This document shows positions 50,926 to 61,176 of a stretch of 64,000 nt of DNA, piece after piece. The position numbers were made by a program, and so were the translations under genes. The notes under the pieces are model-generated. The model was not told where the DNA came from. It worked only from the letters and a program-made list of their open reading frames with translations, and searched no databases. Location of the stretch: positions 928,001 to 992,000 of the forward strand of contig CAXXDQ010000007.1 of assembly GCA_963664325.2 (NCBI GenBank), written 5' to 3'. The first letter of the stretch is position 1. The number at the start of each line of letters is the position of its first letter. Source of the stretch: Desulfomonilia bacterium (GTDB taxonomy: Bacteria; Desulfobacterota; Desulfomonilia; UBA1062).

Positions 50926-51959
50926 TGTCCGGGTTTCCTCCTGGATCTGTTACGCCGGTTCCTGTTATGGCGCCTGTGCTTGTTCTTCTTATCATCGTTC
51001 TGCGCATCCGTTTTCGCCTCCGGCGGTTTGACCTGTGCAGCAATTGGCGCAGGCTCGGGAAGTTTCTGCTGGGCCTGGTGCTTCTGGTCGGACACCTTGT
51101 GAAATTCTTCTTCCGTAAGGATGTCTGAGACCTTTGCCTTGACGAACTTCCTGTCGGCCAGCTTGGCAATAAACGTCTGGTTGATGACGTTGATGCTTAT
51201 TACGGTCGCCTCTCCCTGCTCAAGGAAAACCGTCTTCCCGGCCTTGGGCAGGTTGTCGATCAGGTTTGCATAGGATTCCTTTTCATAGGCAAGACAGCAT
51301 TTAAGTTTGCCGCAGATACCGGATATCTTTGTGGGATTAAGGGTCATGTTCTGATTCTTTGCCATCTTGACCGATATGCGCTGGAAATTGGTCAGAAAGC
51401 TCGCACAGCACAGCTCCCTTCCGCAGCTCCCTATGCCGCCCAGTATGCAGGTTTCCTGACGGGCCCCTATCTGTCTTAACTCTATCCTCGTCCTGTATTT
51501 TTCAACGAGGTCTTTCAGCAGTTCCCTGAAATCCACCCTGCCTTCGGATACGAAGAAGAATGTAATCTTGTTGCCGTCGAACGACTGCTCGACAAGGATG
51601 AGTTTCATTAGGAGTTTCCTTGCGATTATCCGTTCCTTGCAGAAGTTAAAGGCCGTCTTTTCCTTTGTTTTTATATCGCTTAACTTCTTTTTGTCAGAAT
51701 CACTGAGCAACCTGAGTACAGGTTTGATTTCATCGAGTCCGGACGCGTCCTCTTCCGTCGTAAAGGCAAGTACCTTGCCGGCGGCAAGACCAAGCTCGGT
51801 TTCGACTACAGCCATCATGCCTGGTTTTAAATCAAGATCGCCAGCATTGAAAATATATGGTGTGAGCATGCTGGAAAACCTTATATAAACAAGCTTTCTG
51901 GGTTTAGTCCCCTGCAGATCATCATTTTGTACAGATTCAGAATTTTCCATAAAAGTCAT
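50922..51959 (-). CDS. PSP1/YaaT (RicT)-family protein
   Basis: GRVDFRELLKDL, RIELRQIG, GSCGRELCC, KISGICGKLKCCLAYE. Confidence 0.9.
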   Translation of the reverse strand: MTFMENSESVQNDDLQGTKPRKLVYIRFSSMLTPYIFNAGDLDLKPGMMAVVETELGLAAGKVLAFTTEEDASGLDEIKPVLRLLSDSDKKKLSDIKTKEKTAFNFCKERIIARKLLMKLILVEQSFDGNKITFFFVSEGRVDFRELLKDLVEKYRTRIELRQIGARQETCILGGIGSCGRELCCASFLTNFQRISVKMAKNQNMTLNPTKISGICGKLKCCLAYEKESYANLIDNLPKAGKTVFLEQGEATVISINVINQTFIAKLADRKFVKAKVSDILTEEEFHKVSDQKHQAQQKLPEPAPIAAQVKPPEAKTDAQNDDKKNKHRRHNRNRRNRSRRKPGQ

Positions 51960-52030
51960 GTTATCAATCTTAAAACATATTTTGCAAGCCCATCTTTTCT
52001 AACGCGGCCGAGGGCATCATCAAAGGTGCT

Positions 52031-52139
52031 GACGGTTACGTTATCGTAATCGCGATTACGCACAATCTGTAACGGTCCGCCGTGTGCTTTTTATAATATC
52101 TTTAAATTTATCGGTTTTTTAAATGGCTCACCGATTGCT
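52031..52139 (+). promoter_or_regulatory. Sigma-54 promoter with upstream palindromic enhancer candidate
   Basis: TGGCTCACCGATTGCT (GG-N10-GC) at 52124-52139; perfect 16-bp palindrome CGTAATCGCGATTACG at 52045-52060; AT-rich spacer between them. Confidence 0.65.
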
Positions 52140-52177
52140 CCCTTATATCACAGATAAAAGATTTGGAGGCACCGACG

Positions 52178-54577
52178 ATGAAGAAATATTTTATTCTGTT
52201 ATCACTAATCATGGCTGCAGCGATTTTATACCCTGTCCAACTGCTGGCTGTTTCTATTGAGGTAAGCTGGAATGCGAATACCGAAACGGACCTTGCGGGA
52301 TACAAGGTTTATTACGGAACCCAGTCAGGGACATACGCTTCAACTTTAAACACAGGCAAAACGACTACCGCTACCATTGACAATCTACAAACCGGCAAGA
52401 CCTATTACGTGACCATGAGCGCTTATGATACTTCAGGCAATGAATCCGAAAAATCAGCTGAAGTCAGCATATCAATCCCTGTTCCCGACACAACGCCTCC
52501 GACTGGAAGTATCACTATAAATTCAGGAGCGGCAACCGCCTCTTCAAGAACTGTAACCTTAAGCCTTACCGCAACCGATACCGAAGGAACTGTTGCAGCG
52601 ATGAAGATAAGCAGCGACGGTACGACATGGTCCGCCGAGGCGCCGTTCAGCGCCTCACAGGCGTGGGTACTGCCCGAGGGTGACGGTACCAAAACCGTAT
52701 ATGCAGTTTTCAAGGACAACAGCGGCAACTGGATGACAACCCCGGCAAGCGACACGATTCAGCTTGTGCTTGACTCCGACAGCGACGGGCTGCCGGATGT
52801 CTGGGAAATCGCCAACGGACTCAATCCCAACGACCCCGCCGACGCGGGCCTTGACAGCGACGGCGACGGTTACAACAACATGGAGGAATATGCCAACAAA
52901 ACAAACCCGAATTACAGGTATGATTACGCGCCGATAGCCGAAGCCGGCACCGGCCAGCAGAGCGATCCTACAAGGATATATCTTGACGGTTCAGCCTCTT
53001 ATGACCCCAACGGCGATGCCATTGCCTATTCTTGGACTCAGGTTTCCGGCCCGCAGGTCGCGATAGAAAACTCCACAACCAGCAGGGCGAGCTTCATGGG
53101 CGTAAAGGCCGGAACCTACAGACTCATGTTAAGCTGTTCGGACCTAAGGGCCACATCCACCGATTATGTTGATATAATCATCAACAATGTTGCACCGAGC
53201 GTAAACGCAGGAAGCGACATGACTGTTGACTCGGGCACTGTAATAACGCTTCATTCTTCGGGATCGGACCCTAATGGCGATGCGCTGACATACACATGGT
53301 CGCTCGTTGAGGGCCCGGGCATTGCGCTTCCGGCAATGACCACGCAGGATATAACGCTAACGCCGCAGATCGGCGGACTGTACAAGTTTGCAGTCGTCTG
53401 CTCTGACGGAGCCAATATCAGCCCTGCTGATGAGATCCTTCTTACCGTAAATGCAATAAACCACGCACCGACGGCCGAAGCCGGCGCTGATGTCGATGTC
53501 CAGTCAGGCACCCTTGTAACCCTGGATGGAAGCGGTTCAACCGATCCCGACAATGACAGGCTCAGCTACTCGTGGACCCAGGTTTCCGGTCCCCAGGTGC
53601 AGCTGTCAAATACGGGCATCGACAAACCGACGTTTACCGCCTCCACAACAGACACGTATGTATTTGAATTGACAGTTGCCGATGCAAAAGTCAGTTCGAC
53701 ACCTGACACCGTTACGGTAAGGGTGCTCAGGCAGAATACGGCACCGGTAGCTGATGCCGGGAATGACCAGGTCACCGGGGCCGGCTCAACCGTAACCCTC
53801 GATGCAGGCGCCTCTTACGATCCGGATGCAGACGCCATAACTTATGCATGGTTGCAGACCGGCGGCGCATCGGTTGAAATGTCGGGAGTCAACATGGCCC
53901 GTGTGACATTCACCCCGACCGTATCCGGTGTCCTGGAGTTCAAGGTGACCGTATCCGACGGCCAGGCACAGGCTGAAGACACCGTCAAGGTAACCGTTGA
54001 AAGCGTCAATACGGTTCCTGTAGCAGAAGCCGGAGACCCTCAGACCGTCACACTGACCCCTACGCTGGGTCAGAGGATAACCCTTGACGGCAGAAACAGC
54101 CTGGATCCAGACGGAGATGCCCTTTCTTACATCTGGTCTCAGATTTCGGGGCCCAGCACATCCCTGACAGGCTCTAATACGGCAACCCCATGGTTCGCTC
54201 CCGGAGCGGCCGGAACCTATGTCTTCGAACTCAAGGTGTATGACGGCAAAGATACAAGCCTTGCCGATACGGTGACGGTCACGGTCCTGAGCATGCAGAG
54301 CAATATAACCCTTATCGCTCCGCTTAACGGGTCGCAGGTATCAAGCAATCCCACCATGAAATGGAGCGGCGTCAACATGACGGGCTATACGCTCTATCTG
54401 GCTCTCGACGGCAAGAATTACACAAAGATGTACTCCGGAAGCTGGACATCATATACCGTTCACTCTGCGCACTGGTACTGGTTCATTCCCAAAAAGACAA
54501 CCATAAGCTGGTATGTGATCGGACAGAAAGGCTCCACTCAGGTCAAAAGCAGCGTCTATACATTCATCAAGTCATAG
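52178..54577 (+). CDS. Secreted Fn3 / Ca-binding DxDxDG / 5x PKD-like domain protein
   Basis: Signal peptide; W.AN.E.DLAGYKVYYG Fn3; DSDSDGLPD.WE...GLNP; five P.A.AG....LD...S.DP.D...YSW.Q..GP repeats. Confidence 0.85.
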   Translation: MKKYFILLSLIMAAAILYPVQLLAVSIEVSWNANTETDLAGYKVYYGTQSGTYASTLNTGKTTTATIDNLQTGKTYYVTMSAYDTSGNESEKSAEVSISIPVPDTTPPTGSITINSGAATASSRTVTLSLTATDTEGTVAAMKISSDGTTWSAEAPFSASQAWVLPEGDGTKTVYAVFKDNSGNWMTTPASDTIQLVLDSDSDGLPDVWEIANGLNPNDPADAGLDSDGDGYNNMEEYANKTNPNYRYDYAPIAEAGTGQQSDPTRIYLDGSASYDPNGDAIAYSWTQVSGPQVAIENSTTSRASFMGVKAGTYRLMLSCSDLRATSTDYVDIIINNVAPSVNAGSDMTVDSGTVITLHSSGSDPNGDALTYTWSLVEGPGIALPAMTTQDITLTPQIGGLYKFAVVCSDGANISPADEILLTVNAINHAPTAEAGADVDVQSGTLVTLDGSGSTDPDNDRLSYSWTQVSGPQVQLSNTGIDKPTFTASTTDTYVFELTVADAKVSSTPDTVTVRVLRQNTAPVADAGNDQVTGAGSTVTLDAGASYDPDADAITYAWLQTGGASVEMSGVNMARVTFTPTVSGVLEFKVTVSDGQAQAEDTVKVTVESVNTVPVAEAGDPQTVTLTPTLGQRITLDGRNSLDPDGDALSYIWSQISGPSTSLTGSNTATPWFAPGAAGTYVFELKVYDGKDTSLADTVTVTVLSMQSNITLIAPLNGSQVSSNPTMKWSGVNMTGYTLYLALDGKNYTKMYSGSWTSYTVHSAHWYWFIPKKTTISWYVIGQKGSTQVKSSVYTFIKS

Positions 54578-54592
54578 CCGGAAATGCGGCGT

Positions 54593-54628
54593 AAAAAATA
54601 AAGGGGCCGCATGGCCCCTTTATTTTTT
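54593..54628 (+). terminator. Bidirectional rho-independent terminator
   Basis: AAAAAATAAAGGGGCC-GCAT-GGCCCCTTTATTTTTT. Confidence 0.85.
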
Positions 54629-54657
54629 TCTGTTAATATCTTGATAATTCGGGCAAG

Positions 54658-54673
54658 TGGCATATTATTGGCA
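54658..54673 (+). promoter_or_regulatory. Possible sigma-54 promoter
   Basis: TGGCATATTATTGGCA (GG-N10-GC) just upstream of the GGAGG RBS of the next gene. Confidence 0.35.
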
Positions 54674-54698
54674 CAATATTTTTCCCGGAGGTATCATA

Positions 54699-54974
54699 AT
54701 GAAAAAGGCATTCTGGTTATTAATGATGATCGGTTCCCTTTGCGGCTGGGCGTTTGCAATCACCGGACTTGTAAAACCCTTTGAAGATGAAAAGCTGAAA
54801 AAGATATGGAAAGGGGTTTTCTGCACATGGGTATACGGGCACCCGCTCGAGCTCGCCTTGTCTCTCTGGATAGGTAAGAAGGCCGGCCTTTCCGGATTAA
54901 GAACCATATTTAAAACACTCGCCTTCGGATTTACATGGTGGGTCCCCCTGAAGCTGGGAATTATAAAAAAATAA
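54699..54974 (+). CDS. Small membrane protein (DUF1145-like)
   Basis: GGAGG RBS; hydrophobic segments, HPLE, FGFTWWVP. Confidence 0.6.
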   Translation: MKKAFWLLMMIGSLCGWAFAITGLVKPFEDEKLKKIWKGVFCTWVYGHPLELALSLWIGKKAGLSGLRTIFKTLAFGFTWWVPLKLGIIKK

Positions 54975-54994
54975 CCTATTCAAGGGAAACCGGG

Positions 54995-55447
54995 ATGATA
55001 AAAGTCAGAGATATCATGACAACCGGGCCGGTAACGTTTTCCCCGGATGACGAGATCGCCAAGGCCACGCAAATCCTGCTGGAAAACAGGTTCAACGGAG
55101 CGCCGGTGGTCGATTCAACGGGAAAACTGGTTGGGATTTTATGCCAGAGCGACCTTATTGCCCAGCAGAAAAATCTCCCCATTCCATCCATATTCACATT
55201 CCTTGACGGTTTTATCCCTTTGACTTCCATGAAACACCTGGAAAAAGAAATCGAAAAAATAGCGGCAACCCTGGTATCCCAGGCAATGACCCCGAATCCC
55301 GTTACCGTAAGCCCTGAAACGGAAATCGAAGAGGTCGCCAGGCTGATGGTAGATAAAAAATTTCATACACTTCCGGTTGTGGATGACAAAGGCTGTGTCA
55401 TCGGAATAATAGGCAAACATGATATTTTGAAAACCCTGCTCAAGTAA
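54995..55447 (+). CDS. CBS-pair domain protein
   Basis: VRDIMT, GAPVVD..GKLVGI, AMTPNP, LPVVD..G.VIGII. Confidence 0.9.
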   Translation: MIKVRDIMTTGPVTFSPDDEIAKATQILLENRFNGAPVVDSTGKLVGILCQSDLIAQQKNLPIPSIFTFLDGFIPLTSMKHLEKEIEKIAATLVSQAMTPNPVTVSPETEIEEVARLMVDKKFHTLPVVDDKGCVIGIIGKHDILKTLLK

Positions 55448-55705
55448 AGAAAGCCGGCTGATTTTCTAAAAATATCTTCAGGCCCGGGCTTTCCGCTTTA
55501 AACGTAAAACACAGTGCCATCTGGTACTAAGCAAGGGCCGAAACCTTTTAAATCAATAATGCCGGTTTCGATGGATTTTCATTGTAAAATCGTTTTGCTT
55601 GACGCCTGCTTCCATATTGCTCCCACCCAACTGTCATTAAAGCCCTGTTTCCAATGAAACTCAGGCTTGCCATCTTGCTCAAAAGGATATAAATATTATT
55701 ATTCT

Positions 55706-57154
55706 ATGAAAATTGGATTGCGCGAAAGACTTGCAATGACCTTTGTGGTCTATCTGGTAGTAATATTGGGTTTATGTCTATTGCTACTCTATGTCTCCTC
55801 AAGCCTTGGGGGAATGACCGCCGAGGTATACAGCCTGGACTACAAGAAAAAGGACACAAGCGAAACATTAATCCAGAACCTTATTAATATTGACGAAGCG
55901 TCACGAAAGTATATCCTGCTTCAAGATACCGCATATATGGACACCATCAGGGAAAGCGCCGCGGAGATATCCAAGGCCTTTGCATATTTGAAAAAAGGCA
56001 ACGTCACCTATAACAAGAAGGAAGCCGAATTAATAAATCTCTCTGAAGCCAAATGGCATGATTTCATCAAGACTTACTATTTTGAGGCCCAGAACATCCC
56101 TGCAGAATCCAAGGCATTAGAAACCATGTTTGAAAAAAACGGCAAGTCCATTGACGAGCTTGTTGAGAATGCAAAGATCCTCAGACAGAATTCGATAAAT
56201 TCAATTGACGAAAAGATTTTTAAGCTTAAAGCCCTTGGAGAACAGGTGGTATCGATAACATGGTGGTCATTCATCATCGCCCTTGCTGTTGGACTGTTTA
56301 TTCCCCTGATAATCTATATCGGCATATCAAAAGACATAGGCCTCATAAACACAGGGACAAGGCACATATCCCAGGGTGATTTCTCCTACAGGATACCAAT
56401 TGATTCTAAAGATGAACTCGGTAACCTTGCAGGATCTTTCAACAGGATGGCCATGCGCCTGAAAGAACTCGACGACATGAAATCCGAATTTATTTCAGTA
56501 GTCTCGCACGAACTGAAAACACCGCTTACATCGATGAAGGAAGCAGCCAACCTCCTCATGGACGGCATCGGAGGAGAACTCGACGGAAAACAGAAAAGGC
56601 TCATCTCCATAATGGACCAGGGCATAAACAGGCTTCTTCAGATAATAAATGAACTGCTTGACATGTCCCGGCTTGAAGCAGGCCTGCTAAGGCTTGACCT
56701 GGTTCAGAATGACCTGAGGGTTATCATAGCCGAATTCGTCACGGAGATCATGCCGTACTCGCAGAACAAAGGCATCAATCTGATATTCAAGAATCCCGAT
56801 TCACCATGCATGGCGAGTGTTGACAAAAACAAGATTTTGCAGGTGTTGACAAATCTGACTCATAATGCAATCAAATATTCGGAAGAAGGCGGAGAGGTTG
56901 AAATAAGACTAAGCCGTCAGGGAAACGATTTTATCATTGAAGTCCAGGATCATGGAAAGGGTATTCCCGAGGAAGACATACCTCTCATTTTTGAAAAGTT
57001 TTATCAATCCAGGGCCACCAGAGGTCACAGTGGAATAGGTCTTGGGCTTGCAATCGCCAAACATATTGTGGAGGCCCACGGAGGAAAGATACATGCGCAG
57101 AGCAGGGTTGGAAAAGGCAGCGTGTTTTATTTCAGCATTCCTGTTGGTGCTTGA
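55706..57154 (+). CDS. HAMP sensor histidine kinase (GlrK/QseE-like architecture)
   Basis: Two TMs, HAMP (DELGNLA..FN.M), VSHELKTPL, NL..NAIKY, DHGKGI, GLGLAI. Confidence 0.93.
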   Translation: MKIGLRERLAMTFVVYLVVILGLCLLLLYVSSSLGGMTAEVYSLDYKKKDTSETLIQNLINIDEASRKYILLQDTAYMDTIRESAAEISKAFAYLKKGNVTYNKKEAELINLSEAKWHDFIKTYYFEAQNIPAESKALETMFEKNGKSIDELVENAKILRQNSINSIDEKIFKLKALGEQVVSITWWSFIIALAVGLFIPLIIYIGISKDIGLINTGTRHISQGDFSYRIPIDSKDELGNLAGSFNRMAMRLKELDDMKSEFISVVSHELKTPLTSMKEAANLLMDGIGGELDGKQKRLISIMDQGINRLLQIINELLDMSRLEAGLLRLDLVQNDLRVIIAEFVTEIMPYSQNKGINLIFKNPDSPCMASVDKNKILQVLTNLTHNAIKYSEEGGEVEIRLSRQGNDFIIEVQDHGKGIPEEDIPLIFEKFYQSRATRGHSGIGLGLAIAKHIVEAHGGKIHAQSRVGKGSVFYFSIPVGA

Positions 57155-57668
57155 AATAACAATCGCCGGTTGTGCTCCGTGGATACCCCCGGAGATAATG
57201 TCAGCCGAAGACAGTGTCGCTGCGGGCAATGGGCTTAAATCGACGTCTTCCATGGATACACCGATCGATAATCCCGACATCGCAGCAAGGAAGAAAATAC
57301 TCCTGATAGTCAACTCGATAATAACCGAGGAATACTCCACCGAAGAAACAACGGAGACGCTTAGGGCCATCCAGAATAACCCTGAAGTCTCAAGAGATCT
57401 GAGGATAGAAGCCGGATACATAATTTCCATGGTTGAAAAAATCAGTAGCAGAAACAAAGATATCGACCGCCTTCAGAATAAAAACACAAAATGCATGAAT
57501 GATAAATCGGATCTGGAGAAGTCCCTGAAAGAAGACGAGCTGTTATTGAAAGAAAAAGAAGAACTGATCACCGTACTTGTCGTAGAAAAGCAGGATCTGA
57601 AGTTCAAATTACAGAAGCTCGAAGAAATATACCAGAAGTCGGAGAAAAGAAGAGGCCTCAGAAAGTGA
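57093..57668 (+). CDS. Putative lipoprotein with C-terminal coiled coil (QseG/YfhG-like position)
   Basis: ATG 57093 with GGAGGA RBS; IAGC lipobox-like; heptad-rich C-terminus KLQKLEEI; sits between kinase and regulator. Confidence 0.6.
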   Translation: MRRAGLEKAACFISAFLLVLEITIAGCAPWIPPEIMSAEDSVAAGNGLKSTSSMDTPIDNPDIAARKKILLIVNSIITEEYSTEETTETLRAIQNNPEVSRDLRIEAGYIISMVEKISSRNKDIDRLQNKNTKCMNDKSDLEKSLKEDELLLKEKEELITVLVVEKQDLKFKLQKLEEIYQKSEKRRGLRK

Positions 57669-59020
57669 ACCCCGAAATTATCATTCTTGATGATGAGCCT
57701 AATATTGTAGAAGTCTTGATAACCCGCCTTGAAACCAAGGGCTACAATGTAATCGGATTCACAAAACCGGACAAGGCGCTTGATGCAATAAGAAACGGCA
57801 ATGCCTGCGTTCTGCTGACAGATATGAAAATGCCTGAAAAAGACGGGATAGCCGTCCTCAACGAGGCCAAGGAACTGGACCCGGACATAGAGGTAATCAT
57901 ACTTACTGCTTATGGAACGGTTTCCAGTGCCGTTGAAGCAATGAAGCAGGGTGCATATGACTATATCCTCAAACCGTTCAACCCGGCGGAACTTATCGCC
58001 AAACTGAACAGGGCGCTTGATAAACGGGAACTCAAGCAAAGGGTGCGCGCCCTGGAGAAGAAAGTAGAATCATCAACCGATAATATGATATACGCCGTCA
58101 GCCGTGCGATGAACCATGTCATACAGCTTGCAAAACAGGTAAGCTCAACAGATGCCACAGTGTTGATTACGGGTGAATCGGGAACCGGCAAAGAGCTTAT
58201 CGCCCGGCTTATCCATCGTGAAAGCAACCGCTCAAATAAAAATTTCGTGATCATGGACTGCGGCGCGACACCTTCGGGACTTATCGAATCCGAGATGTTC
58301 GGTTATGTTAAAGGGGCTTTCACGGGAGCGATAAAAGACAAGACCGGGATAATAGAAGAGGCTGATAAAGGCACCCTGTTCCTGGATGAGATAGGCAATA
58401 TATCTTCCGAACTGCAGAATCGCCTGCTCAGGGTTATAGAGTCAGGCGAATTCCGCCGCGTTGGAGATGTCGCGCAAAAGCATTCTGATATCAGGGTCAT
58501 TGCCGCCACGAATGCAGATCTTCTCTCCCTTGTTAAGAACGGCACTTTCAGAGAAGACCTCTATTACAGGCTCAGGGTAATAAATATCGACATTCCTCCG
58601 TTGAGAGAAAGGATTGAGGACATCCCTGGATTGGTCCAAATATTTGTCAATGAATTCTCCCAGAAAACCGGCAAGCACATCCTTGGCATATCAAAAGACG
58701 TCCTTGAAATCATGAGAAAACATACATGGCCGGGTAATGTCAGGGAACTCAGAAATACGGTGCAATCGGCAGTGGTTCTGTGCAGCAGCGACATAATTAC
58801 AAGAGATGACCTGCTCATTTCGGGAATCTGTGAACCGGAAGAAGTCTTTGATGAAAGTCTCAACAAACTCGAGGAAACGGAAAAGGATATGGTTATAGAC
58901 GCCTTGAAAAAGTCCAAATGGGTTCAGAACGAGGCGGCCAAAACGCTGGGCATATCAAGGCGGGTAATGCATTATAAAATCAAGAAGTATAATATAAATA
59001 TCAACGAAAAACCTGTCTGA
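57665..59020 (+). CDS. Sigma-54-dependent response regulator (NtrC family)
   Basis: REC (LDDE, DMKMP), GESGTGKE, GAFTGA, LFLDEIG, WPGNVREL, Fis-type HTH. Confidence 0.95.
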   Translation: MNPEIIILDDEPNIVEVLITRLETKGYNVIGFTKPDKALDAIRNGNACVLLTDMKMPEKDGIAVLNEAKELDPDIEVIILTAYGTVSSAVEAMKQGAYDYILKPFNPAELIAKLNRALDKRELKQRVRALEKKVESSTDNMIYAVSRAMNHVIQLAKQVSSTDATVLITGESGTGKELIARLIHRESNRSNKNFVIMDCGATPSGLIESEMFGYVKGAFTGAIKDKTGIIEEADKGTLFLDEIGNISSELQNRLLRVIESGEFRRVGDVAQKHSDIRVIAATNADLLSLVKNGTFREDLYYRLRVINIDIPPLRERIEDIPGLVQIFVNEFSQKTGKHILGISKDVLEIMRKHTWPGNVRELRNTVQSAVVLCSSDIITRDDLLISGICEPEEVFDESLNKLEETEKDMVIDALKKSKWVQNEAAKTLGISRRVMHYKIKKYNININEKPV

Positions 59021-59031
59021 AAGAAAGACTA

Positions 59032-61176
59032 TTACAGTTCCATTCCGGGCAGCCTCGTACCTAGAAAGCATCTGTCCGCGCCATATAAGCCGGAATAATC
59101 GTACTCATGGACTTTCATTTCATAACTGGAGAAAACAAGCCTTTTGCCCTTCGTATCGATATAAGGACCGAACAGCCTTCCGTTGCAGATGAATTCTTTC
59201 GAAAGGCAAGTCCCCGTCTTTGAATCATACACACTCATATATGAACGTCCTGTGTCAATTCCTCCGCAGGGGCTTCCCTCGGAAAAGTGGACAACATAAA
59301 CATTGCCGTCCATTATCAGCATTTGTATGATTTGAGGGCTTTCAATCCTCTGCGACCATATAAGCCTTTGTAAATCGGTACAGAAAACCTGATCTTTTGT
59401 ATAACCGCAGAGAAAAAGCCCCTTTCTGAATGTATATGCATGTATATCAATGATATCATCCATAATCCCGGTTACGATCGTTGTATTAAGAATAAGCCCT
59501 CTGTTTAATACAAATATTTTTCCCTCCGAGGACCCTGCATAAATAAAGGCTTCAGCAGGGTCAAGGTTGAGTGAAGTGATTTTTTCTGACAGCCCGATAG
59601 TGGAAATTTCTTTGCCTGAAGACAGTTCAATTGCTTTTATGATATTGCTTTTCACAAGGAAGGCCGTTGAATTTGATACATCAAACATATCTGCGTCCGA
59701 TCCCCAGACGAGCTCCGGGGTATTTGTAAAGCAGAATATTCTCCCTTCGGAAGAAGGACCTGCAACAATATGACCGTTTATACTCTTTATTCTTCCGCCC
59801 GGACCCTTGATGGACCATTTCAGGTTCCCTGATGCCATGTCTACAAGGCTTACTGAATTGCCCGAAGTTGAGATGTAAAGGTTATCTCCTTCACTGTATA
59901 CCGATTCTGCAGGTCCCGGATATGCAAACGCCTGGCATTGAGCCAATGCACCTTTTGAGTTCACCTTAAAATATTTTGCTCCCGCATTGTCGGTCCATGA
60001 AGGGCTGAACCGGCCGAACCTGTTTTCAATGAACATGGTTTTATCTTCTCTCATCACCGGCATGGTGCTGGAAAATGGTGTTTCCAGCAGCAGATCATCG
60101 GAGCCGGGCATTTGTTTGCCTTTTCCTTTAATGACAACTGATTTTAAAAAATCCGTTTTCGGACCCAGCACATGTACAGAAACGCCCTCCGACGCCGCAT
60201 AAGAACTTACATCATCCAGACAGTGAGAGCCTGTTGAGGCGATATGCGTATCATTCAAATTTAAATCCCTGTCGTAGTCCTTTAACCATGACGGGACATT
60301 GCCGTCATCTTTTGCCAGCCCATCGGTTAAAAAAATGATGTGCTTCATTGTTGCACACTCATCAGGATATTTATCTACAAGCTCATAAAGGGATTTTGCC
60401 AGGCTGGCCTTTTCCTCAACAAAATCGATATTGCCAAGCATTTCAATGAGCTTATTTCTTTTGGACCCATAGGGCATGATTATTCCCTTTGAGACAGATG
60501 CAAGTGCTGCTTCTGCAATACTTACAGAACCAGCAATTTCATGGACAGCCTGCATATAAAGTGTTGATGACGGCATTGCACCTGAATATCCGCTTAAATC
60601 GGAGGCCGGCGCTTTCATATGGGAATTTCCATATGAACCCTTGAAATATGTACCTTCAGCGGCAGTCACATAATCCTCCTCCCCAATTGCAAAATCGGAA
60701 ATAGATATTTCCCCTTTTACATTTTTCAGATAAACTGAATTATCATCATAATCTCGATCACCTGCCTGTCTCAGGCTTTCCGAGTCCTGGATAAGAAATA
60801 AAATGTATGGCCTGTTGCTGGAAATTTTTATATCATTTTTCATATAGCAACTATTATTTGCTGTTTCAGAGCGCCAGTAGATTTCATTTTTTCCACCCGG
60901 ACACTTCTTTTCTATAAGATCGGTCTGAAAAGCCATATGATCCCATTTTTCCGGCACCGGCAGCTTAAAATGACTGACTGTGCAATCATTGTTTCCAGTC
61001 CCGGTAGTTTTAAGAATGTGCTCGAATCCCCTGCCGGAAACCATCCTGAATCTTGTGACGGTAAACGCCGATATGGATATTGAAAAGATCAGCAGCAGGA
61101 AAACCAGGGTGTATACAAGAACCCAGCCTTTATTATCCGAGATTGTAGTTATAACTGATTTCTTTGGTTGTTCCAT
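59032..61176 (-). CDS. PilX-like N-terminus fused to PilY1-like vWA and beta-propeller domains
   Basis: KGWVLVYTLVFLLL prepilin-like start; PYILFLIQDSES, HIIFLTDG, LDDV; C-terminal PC...GRSY...YD.KTG. Confidence 0.6.
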   Translation of the reverse strand: MEQPKKSVITTISDNKGWVLVYTLVFLLLIFSISISAFTVTRFRMVSGRGFEHILKTTGTGNNDCTVSHFKLPVPEKWDHMAFQTDLIEKKCPGGKNEIYWRSETANNSCYMKNDIKISSNRPYILFLIQDSESLRQAGDRDYDDNSVYLKNVKGEISISDFAIGEEDYVTAAEGTYFKGSYGNSHMKAPASDLSGYSGAMPSSTLYMQAVHEIAGSVSIAEAALASVSKGIIMPYGSKRNKLIEMLGNIDFVEEKASLAKSLYELVDKYPDECATMKHIIFLTDGLAKDDGNVPSWLKDYDRDLNLNDTHIASTGSHCLDDVSSYAASEGVSVHVLGPKTDFLKSVVIKGKGKQMPGSDDLLLETPFSSTMPVMREDKTMFIENRFGRFSPSWTDNAGAKYFKVNSKGALAQCQAFAYPGPAESVYSEGDNLYISTSGNSVSLVDMASGNLKWSIKGPGGRIKSINGHIVAGPSSEGRIFCFTNTPELVWGSDADMFDVSNSTAFLVKSNIIKAIELSSGKEISTIGLSEKITSLNLDPAEAFIYAGSSEGKIFVLNRGLILNTTIVTGIMDDIIDIHAYTFRKGLFLCGYTKDQVFCTDLQRLIWSQRIESPQIIQMLIMDGNVYVVHFSEGSPCGGIDTGRSYMSVYDSKTGTCLSKEFICNGRLFGPYIDTKGKRLVFSSYEMKVHEYDYSGLYGADRCFLGTRLPGMEL

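Noticed and set aside
53030-53600. DNA-level similarity between two segments of the PKD gene
   Set aside because: Explained by tandem PKD domain duplication (SWTQVSGPQV)
55448-55705. Sigma-54 promoter or small ORF upstream of the kinase
   Set aside because: TGGCAC and TTGC matches lack GG-N10-GC spacing; the 20-codon ORF has no support
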